Positions 57,427 through 64,000 of a stretch of 64,000 nucleotides of DNA are shown here, piece by piece. The position numbers and the translations under genes were made by a program. The notes below the pieces were generated by a model. It was given only the letters and a program-made list of their open reading frames with translations, made no database searches and was not told the origin of the DNA. Position 1 is the first letter of the stretch. Each line of letters begins with the position of its first letter. The stretch spans positions 136,496-200,495 of the forward strand of contig CAZUNO010000001.1 in assembly GCA_964621445.1 (NCBI GenBank). The letters run 5' to 3'. The stretch is from Candidatus Hadarchaeota archaeon (GTDB lineage: Archaea > CAYQAE01 > CAYVLA01).

Positions 57427-58614
57427 ATGATTGAGAGAGAGGATATACAGCAAATAGCACGGGAATATGATGCGGAAGATGTACATATCGGAATTTTTGG
57501 TTCACACTCAGCTCTTCCTATAGGTTACGCCGCCAAAAAGGCGCGTCTGCCCACGGTTCTATTTGCCAAGGAGGGCAGGGAAAATACTTACGTCAAATAT
57601 AATCCAGCTCTTTATGATGATATAGTGATCGTCAAAAAGTGGAAAGAGATACTGGATAGACAGAGTGATATGAGGGATAAAAACCTGGTGTTCATCCCAA
57701 ATCGTTCCTTTGTGGTCTATGTGGGCCTGGATGAGATCGAGGAAAATTTTGAAGTTCCCATTTATGGGTCAAGAGGGCTTCTGCGGGCGGAGGAGCGGAA
57801 CGCTAATCCTCCCAGAAACCAGTATTACCTGATGGAAAGTTCAGGGGTTAGAAAGCCACACCTCTTCCAGGACCCGGATGGTATCGACAGGTTATCGGTG
57901 GTAAAAGTCCAACAAAAGAACAATCCCCTGGAGAGAGCGTACTTCTATCCCAGTGACCCGGACGAGTACCGGGAAATGGCAGCCAGGAAGATAGAGTCTG
58001 GTGAGATAAGCGAGGAAGGCCTTGATAAGGCGGCGATTGAGGAGTTCGTAATTGGCCCCATGCTTAATGCTAATTTCCACTCCTACGGCCTCAACCTGGG
58101 TGGTGCTGGATGGTTCCCGACTGATATCGATCTTCTGGGATTCAGCGACCGGGAGCAGACCAATGAGGTCGGTTATAGGAACCTTCCTGCCGAGATACAG
58201 ATGGAACTATCCAGAAGGGGTTTCAGAAGGACCAACGAGGAGATATGTCACAGGGGAAAGACGCTACGGGAGTCCAAGCTGGATATGGTCTACAATAGCG
58301 CGGAAAGGATAATGCGGACCCTAAAGGAGGAGGTACCACCGGGTATGATAGGCCCCATCGGGATACAGGGAGCGGTTCCCACCGACGAGAATGACAGGCC
58401 GGAGTTCGTTATCTTCGATCTTAGTTTCAGGGTTCCTGGAGACCCCGCAATGGGTCCAACCTCTCCCTACCTGAGGTACCTTGATGCAAAGAGCTCAAGT
58501 ATCTACCGCGAGTTCATGGGAGATGGGTGGCGAATTGAGAGCCCGCTTGATGTCTCCATGATGGAGATAAGGAAGGCCATGCATCATGAAATGTTGGAAG
58601 AAGTCGTAACCTAG
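57427..58614 (+). CDS. PurP-like paralogue (DUF1246/DUF1297)
   Basis: GSHSAL, IPNRSF, LERAYF, TLRES and PPGMIGP...Q. Confidence 0.85.
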   Translation: MIEREDIQQIAREYDAEDVHIGIFGSHSALPIGYAAKKARLPTVLFAKEGRENTYVKYNPALYDDIVIVKKWKEILDRQSDMRDKNLVFIPNRSFVVYVGLDEIEENFEVPIYGSRGLLRAEERNANPPRNQYYLMESSGVRKPHLFQDPDGIDRLSVVKVQQKNNPLERAYFYPSDPDEYREMAARKIESGEISEEGLDKAAIEEFVIGPMLNANFHSYGLNLGGAGWFPTDIDLLGFSDREQTNEVGYRNLPAEIQMELSRRGFRRTNEEICHRGKTLRESKLDMVYNSAERIMRTLKEEVPPGMIGPIGIQGAVPTDENDRPEFVIFDLSFRVPGDPAMGPTSPYLRYLDAKSSSIYREFMGDGWRIESPLDVSMMEIRKAMHHEMLEEVVT

Positions 58615-58667
58615 GGTCAACTCTGGGGACGAGTGCCATTTAAGAGTAGATTTATGGGAGTGACGTT

Positions 58668-60074
58668 ATGAGCAAGCAAGATAGACCCAATATTCTTTTT
58701 ATCATGTCCGACGACCATGCGGCACACGCCATCAGTGCCTATGGGAGTCGGATCAATCAAACGCCAAATATAGATAGGATTGCAAAGGAGGGCGTTCGTT
58801 TTGACAACTGCTTCTGCACCAATTCGATTTGTACACCAAGCAGGGCCACCATATTGACCGGAAAACATAGCCATATGAACGGAGTTTTAACCCTCAGGAA
58901 CGACTTTAACCGGGATCAGCAACACGTTGGGAAGTTGCTTCGGAAGGCTGGCTACGAGACTGCGGTTATCGGAAAATGGCATCTGCATACACAGCCCAGC
59001 GGATTCGATTACTACAATGTCCTGCCCGGACAAGGTCTATATCATGACCCCTTTTTGAAGGAAAGGGGAAAGGAGTGGAGGGATCACAATAAAGGTGGAG
59101 AGAGATACGAGGGTTATGTAACCGATATCATCACGGATCTCAGCATCGATTGGATAGAGGAAAGGGATGAAGGAAATCCATTCTTCCTTTGCTGTCACCA
59201 TAAGGCTCCACACAGGCACTGGGTCCCGGATGAGAAACATTCCCATATGTATGATGATGTTGAGATACCCCAACCGGAGACCTTTAATGACGACTACAGC
59301 AACAGGGCCCGAGCCGCAAAGGAGGCCAAGATGAGGGTGGGAGAGGACCTCAATGAAAAAGACCTGAAAACGGAGGCACCGAAGTCGCTAAGCGATGAGG
59401 ACTTGAAGACCTGGAAATACCAGCGTTACATAAAGGACTACCTACGATGCGTCGCCTCCATGGATGACAATATTGGGAGGTTGCTTGATTATGTGGATTC
59501 CAGGGACCTCATTGATGACACCATAGTGATCTACACCTCGGACCAGGGATTCTTTCTCGGTGATCATGGCTGGTTCGACAAGCGTTTCATGTATGAGGAA
59601 TCCCTCAGGATGCCCTTCTTGGTACGCTATCCGGATGAGATTAAGCCCGGAACGGTAAATGATGATATCGTTCTAAACCTGGATTTTGCCGAGACCTTTC
59701 TGGATTACGCGGATGCGAGGATCCCGGAGGAGATGCAGGGGCGTAGCCTAAGGCCATTGTTCAGGGGCCAAAGCCCTGAAGACTGGCGAAAATATATGTA
59801 CTATAGGTATTGGATGCATCTGTCCCATCACTATGTGTGTGCCCATTATGGGCTACGCACTAAAAGATACAAGCTCATATACTACTATGGGGAGGCGTTG
59901 GGGGCTGAGGGGGCCGTTGATGAACCAAAGGACCCTGAATGGGAGCTTTTTGACCTGGAAGAGGATCCCCTGGAGATTAATAGCATCTATGATGATCCCC
60001 AGTATGAAAATGAGGTTAGGAATCTTAAAGAAATGCTTAAAAAAGCCAAGTCCGAGGCCGGGGACTCAAAATAG
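58668..60074 (+). CDS. Formylglycine-dependent (Cys-type) sulfatase, S1 family
   Basis: PNILFIMSDDH, CTPSRA.ILTG, GKWHL, HKAPH, YTSDQG and DKR.MYEES; no signal peptide. Confidence 0.94.
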   Translation: MSKQDRPNILFIMSDDHAAHAISAYGSRINQTPNIDRIAKEGVRFDNCFCTNSICTPSRATILTGKHSHMNGVLTLRNDFNRDQQHVGKLLRKAGYETAVIGKWHLHTQPSGFDYYNVLPGQGLYHDPFLKERGKEWRDHNKGGERYEGYVTDIITDLSIDWIEERDEGNPFFLCCHHKAPHRHWVPDEKHSHMYDDVEIPQPETFNDDYSNRARAAKEAKMRVGEDLNEKDLKTEAPKSLSDEDLKTWKYQRYIKDYLRCVASMDDNIGRLLDYVDSRDLIDDTIVIYTSDQGFFLGDHGWFDKRFMYEESLRMPFLVRYPDEIKPGTVNDDIVLNLDFAETFLDYADARIPEEMQGRSLRPLFRGQSPEDWRKYMYYRYWMHLSHHYVCAHYGLRTKRYKLIYYYGEALGAEGAVDEPKDPEWELFDLEEDPLEINSIYDDPQYENEVRNLKEMLKKAKSEAGDSK

Positions 60075-60159
60075 ATATCGGAATCCTGTGAAAATAGGTC
60101 ACGAAACAGATACTTATTATGCGGAGATAGTGTGCTAATACCGGTTCCATGGTGATGGT

Positions 60160-60264
60160 TTGGACCTGGCCTTGTATGCCCTTTACTATTTCGGAATCAC
60201 CATAATCTCGGCCTTCTTACTTTGGAAACTAAGTCAGAGGTTTAATGGAAGGAGGATAATGTAA
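60160..60264 (+). CDS. Possible 34-aa single-TM peptide or gene remnant
   Basis: TTG after GGTGA, giving MDLALYALYYFGITIISAFLLWKLSQRFNGRRIM*. Confidence 0.25.
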   Translation: MDLALYALYYFGITIISAFLLWKLSQRFNGRRIM

Positions 60265-60310
60265 TCAATGTTCTCCAACCCTGGATGAGTGAGGGCTTTG
60301 CCCCCCCCCC

Positions 60311-61529
60311 TCAGGTTTGCTCCATATTTATGAAACAAAGTGGGTCCTCCGCAAGGTAGTCCCCGGTTGTGGCAAAGGCCCTCGCTCGACAGCCCCCACA
60401 GATCTTCTTGTACTGGCAATCCCCGCATCTGCCCTCGAGTAATTTTTCTTGGTCCCGTAGATTCTGCAAAACTTTGCAGCCCCTCCATATTGAATTGAAA
60501 GACTCCTCCCGAAAATTTCCACAAACGATATCGATAAAGGGACAGGGCAGAACATCGCCGTTGGGCCTGATATATTCGAATCCCCACCCCTTGGAGCATC
60601 CGTGAAATAGGTGCTCGGCGAGCTTTCTTTCCAAGCTACCCTTTCTGCCCCGACTTTCCAGGATATAGGGCCAATACTGAGGACCGACAAGGGGGGTCCA
60701 ATGATGGCACCTGAGTCCCTTTGCGCCCTTGCCAGGAATTGAATGAACTTCCGGTGTTGGTGCCTATTGAGCTGTGATTTCTCCATTTTTGCCGCTCTTC
60801 CCACGATTTGGTAGCAGAGAGTGAGTGGGGCTCCTAGCTCGGAAAGAGTTTGGTTCAGGGACTCTATCTGTTTGATGTCCCTGTCCATGAGCGTTATATT
60901 GACGTGGAGTGCTATGCCCGCCTTGACTATGGCTTTCATTCCGTTTATTGCGGCCTGGTAAGTGCCCGGCTGGCCCCTTATTTGGTCATGGATTTCCTGG
61001 TTCCGTCGAGGCTCACCGCCGCGATTGAAACCCCATGACGCTTAAGCTCCCTGGCCATCTCGTCATCGACAAGCGTCCCATTTGTAGCCAGGGTATTGAC
61101 AAATCCAAGTTCCTGGGAATACCCGAGAAGATCGAAAATGTCATCTCTAATCAGCGGTTCCCCTCCCGTGAATGCTACCATTCCGAAATCGTCAACTTGG
61201 GCCAATTGACGGAGAAGTTGATGCCCCTCCTCGGTTGTGAGTTCGCTCTTTCTATAGGTCTGGCTTGAGTGGCAGTGAACACAGTTAAGGTTGCAATTCT
61301 TGGTAACCTCCCATACGGGGTGGTACGGAAAGCCAATGCAGCCCATGCCTATGGACCCACCTGCTCCTGGTAGACATTTTAGGCCGCTTCCAGCTAGCCA
61401 CTGGGGCAGCTTCCTCCCGCCGGTTAGAGATCCCAGATAGATCGCACTCAGCCCCTGTCTTGCGAGCAATGTGGGAGGCCACCAGAAGGGCTTCACTATA
61501 TTTCGTCTGGATTTATGTGAGGTAGCCAA
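60311..61529 (-). pseudogene. Radical SAM/SPASM protein, frameshifted
   Basis: CNLNCVHC, FTGGEP and SLDG, then a frameshift near 61000 (resumes EIHDQIRG). A second frameshift occurs in a C6 run near 60691-60696 (resumes GPQYWPY). The SPASM domain carries C...PC...CGDC....CGGCRARA...DPLC. Confidence 0.88.
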
Positions 61530-62438
61530 TCATGTAGCCCCCGGTGTGCCGATATTTACCAGTATGTTGAGACCGCACAGGATCTCTATTTTGGGTTTTT
61601 CCCACCAGCGGGCATTCCTTATCAAGATAACTAGGAGGACGGAGAGAATGGACACGGGAATGTATGCGACCAGACTGGTGAATACGCCTGTTTTGAGAAC
61701 CGATGCTGAGAATGCTGTTATACTGACAACGGATAGGAACTCGTAGAGTCTAGATGCCGATTTTTTTCCTATCCGGGCCACCATGTTGTGTTTCCTGGAT
61801 ACGATATCGGCCTCGTGGTCCGGAAATTAATTTAGTAGGATGACGTTGAATATGGTGGTGCCTATTGAAATGGAGATCAAGTGAAGGATAAAGGGGATTT
61901 CACCCCTCTGCAGGTAATAGCCGGTGGCCACCGGTAGTCAGCCATAGCAAAAGGCAATCCACATCTCGCCAAGTCCTCTGGACACCCAGCGGGCTGGTCT
62001 GGTAGAGTAGAAGAAACCACCAATCAGTCCCATCAACCCAGTGGTAGCGTTAAGTGGCATGTTCCAATCCAAAGCCACAGTACATGCCCACTACACAGGC
62101 CCCAAAAACACATGTTATTGAGGCGTAAAAGACGGGTCTTTCCTCGACTTCACCCGCCCAAATCTTGCCTGGCCCGCCAGAGTAACGGCTGGATCCTTGG
62201 GCGTGTGAGATGGCATCCTCTTCCTGGTCCCAGTATTCTCCAAATAGATGGGCACTCAGCATTACCAGGACAACTCCCATAGCTCCGAGGGCAAGAATCG
62301 CGGCATAAAACTGTCCGGCTGGATTCCAGGCCAGGAAAGTACCCAGAGCGAAGGGCAGGACCCCACGATATGGAACGGCGGACGGGCAAGAGCGAGCCAG
62401 GTTGTCATGGAATCCGTGATGATGACGTCCATTTCCAT
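61530..62438 (-). pseudogene. UbiA/MenA-like prenyltransferase, disrupted
   Basis: Reconstructed WLALARPPFHIVG/VLPF, GEYWD..ED, FYSTRP.RWVSRGLGE, YG*LP (TGA 61938-61940) and N*FPDHEAD (TAA 61827-61829), with several frameshifts. Confidence 0.85.
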
Positions 62439-62728
62439 CCACCGAATTGCTGTGTGGACCCACCCGGAGGTGATAAATATGGTCTATGGAAAAGATGTAG
62501 GTCAGGGTTCAACTCATGCCATGTATTCAACACGAATGCCTTTGGAGAAGGCACTTCCGAAAAGGAGGTATTGACTGGGAATGGAATTTCTAGTTTTCTT
62601 CAAACCCTCAGTAGAGGGGCACCTATGACCAGGTGAATATTGAAATCACGTTATTAGTTTTGGTTCCATGGGTAGGTAAGGCTTTTCCCGGACCGAATAA
62701 TCAAGTGAAGAAAGGCTTTGGCTCCGTG

Positions 62729-63772
62729 CTAATACTCCATCGGATTCCATATGGTTGCCCCGATATACCGCTCGGGCCCGGTTTCAAGGTCATTGAAATA
62801 ATAGACAGTGACTACCCGTCCATCAGGTCGCTGAACCGTTCGGCAGTACCCGATATCCCCGTTGGCTCCGTCATCCCGAAGAACGATTTCATCGCTCCAG
62901 GTCTTACCTTGATCGGAACTTAAGCGGACGCAGATCCGGTAGGGCTCTTTTCGCACTCCGTATGTTAGGCATAACCTGCCGTCACCTAGTTTGATGAGGG
63001 CTGGAGGGTTGCTCCCGATATTTGTGGCAGGCTTCCCTATATGAGTCCAGTTACATCCATTATCATCGGACATGTAGCAGGAAAGCCACCCCGTGTTTCC
63101 CTCATTGCTCCCTCGGCGCTCCTTCCTCCTAACCACCACAAGTAGCTCAGTGGGGGAAAGTCGAACTGAAGTGGGCATGATCGAATATCCTTCAGGCTCA
63201 GGTCCGATCCAGGATATCTTCTCCCAGGCAAGTCCACCGTCGGTGGTAATAGCACAGAAGGGGCGTCCTTCGAGTTGGTTGCTTTTAGCCGCTGTTAAGA
63301 ATACCCTGAGGGAACGCTGCCCCTCGATCAGATAATCGGTGCGTGCTGCGATTCCAGGTGTTCCCATATCAGGTAGGCGAAATGGTCCTTTCCATGTTCT
63401 CCCTCTGTTCTGTGAATGGAAGAAGTATGAGGGACCTGTGTTATTGTCAGCCTTGCGCATGGAAAGGACGAAATTCGGGTTGGTGAAATCCATAGGGTGG
63501 CTAAGCTTCTCACCACCATTATCGGGTAACCTGAACCCTGTCTCCATGGACCAGGTTTGGCCTCCGTCCAGACTACGAGCGAACACCGGTTTGCGGGGCC
63601 TGTGGGGATCGATGGGGTGTCCTTTTTTCATGTTCTTATAATAGCCCCTTACGAAGCCGACCAGTATTTCATTTCCCCAGGACCAAATTCCTCCGTTAGC
63701 TGGCCATCCACCATAGCGTCCCTTTTCGAAGTATATTTGAACGTGTTTTAATTCTCCATGAGGCGAAGTCAT
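62729..63772 (-). CDS. Asp-box (BNR) beta-propeller glycosidase, sialidase-like
   Basis: Five Asp boxes: SLDGGQTW, SQNRGRTW, TTDGGLAW, SDDNGCNW and SSDQGKTW; also a DIGY motif. Confidence 0.8.
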   Translation of the reverse strand: MTSPHGELKHVQIYFEKGRYGGWPANGGIWSWGNEILVGFVRGYYKNMKKGHPIDPHRPRKPVFARSLDGGQTWSMETGFRLPDNGGEKLSHPMDFTNPNFVLSMRKADNNTGPSYFFHSQNRGRTWKGPFRLPDMGTPGIAARTDYLIEGQRSLRVFLTAAKSNQLEGRPFCAITTDGGLAWEKISWIGPEPEGYSIMPTSVRLSPTELLVVVRRKERRGSNEGNTGWLSCYMSDDNGCNWTHIGKPATNIGSNPPALIKLGDGRLCLTYGVRKEPYRICVRLSSDQGKTWSDEIVLRDDGANGDIGYCRTVQRPDGRVVTVYYFNDLETGPERYIGATIWNPMEY

Positions 63773-64000
63773 CTAGCACCCTCTTTTTGGGATTTGAATC
63801 TCGTATAAGAGATTTAAGTCTTTAGAGGACCGTGCTGGAGAGGGTCGGTCAAATAGAGGGATCATCTGATAGAGAGGGCTCAGAGGAAGGGAAGATAAGG
63901 CTTCATAACGGTATTAAGCTGCCGGGAGACTGGCCACCGGATTATGGGATTAGCACAGAAACGGAATCGGATGTAATGCCGGTTCCATACCTCGAAAATC

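Noticed and set aside
60136-60150. TAATACCGGTTCCAT nearly repeated at about 63974-63988, as a possible island boundary
   Set aside because: It is only a 14/15 match, the intact Asp-box gene lies inside, and there is no mobility gene; chance cannot be excluded.
60301-60310. C10 homopolymer as a phase-variation tract
   Set aside because: It lies just past the stop of a pseudogene, not within a supported CDS or promoter.
60311-61529. Radical SAM/SPASM gene as the anaerobic sulfatase maturase for the adjacent sulfatase
   Set aside because: It is convergent with the sulfatase, coupled to the UbiA gene, carries NirJ/AhbD-like rather than anSME motifs, and is disrupted.
61827-61940. In-frame TGA/TAA in the prenyltransferase as recoding (Sec, Trp or an alternative code)
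   Set aside because: TGA and TAA end many ordinary genes in this window and the gene also has frameshifts, so pseudogenisation is the simpler explanation.
1-64000. CRISPR arrays, IS elements, rRNA, proviral genes
   Set aside because: No regularly spaced repeats, transposase, integrase or capsid motifs, or rRNA-like stretches were seen by eye.

Overview
A gene-dense 64-kb segment of an archaeal chromosome, probably from an uncultured lineage. Archaeal markers include 20S proteasome alpha/beta, TFE, aTrm56, the eS19-eL39-eL31-aIF6-eL20-pfdA-ftsY-srp54 run, the DKFP-type shikimate pathway, PurP and the HMGCS-thiolase-DUF35 cluster. The core housekeeping blocks are interspersed with bacterial-like sugar genes: nagB, a glmM-like mutase, a GH29 fucosidase, a sulfatase and an Asp-box glycosidase. 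I found no CRISPR array, integrase, transposase or rRNA. The most notable observations are: (1) a tRNA-Arg(GCG) with a 16-nt non-canonical D-loop intron in a relaxed bulge-helix-loop motif, whose 5' end overlaps the stop codon of the upstream DUF2110 gene; (2) a 705-aa transaldolase-fold enzyme with Gln/Met at the acid-base positions, matching neither transaldolase nor FSA; (3) a psmB-psmA operon, plus a PAC2 protein with a Tyr-X tail and an AAA+/wHTH ATPase; (4) a decayed UbiA-prenyltransferase plus radical SAM/SPASM operon; (5) candidate structured leaders and several small genes missed by the ORF track, including rpl39e. All assignments come from motif recognition by eye; no database searches were run.
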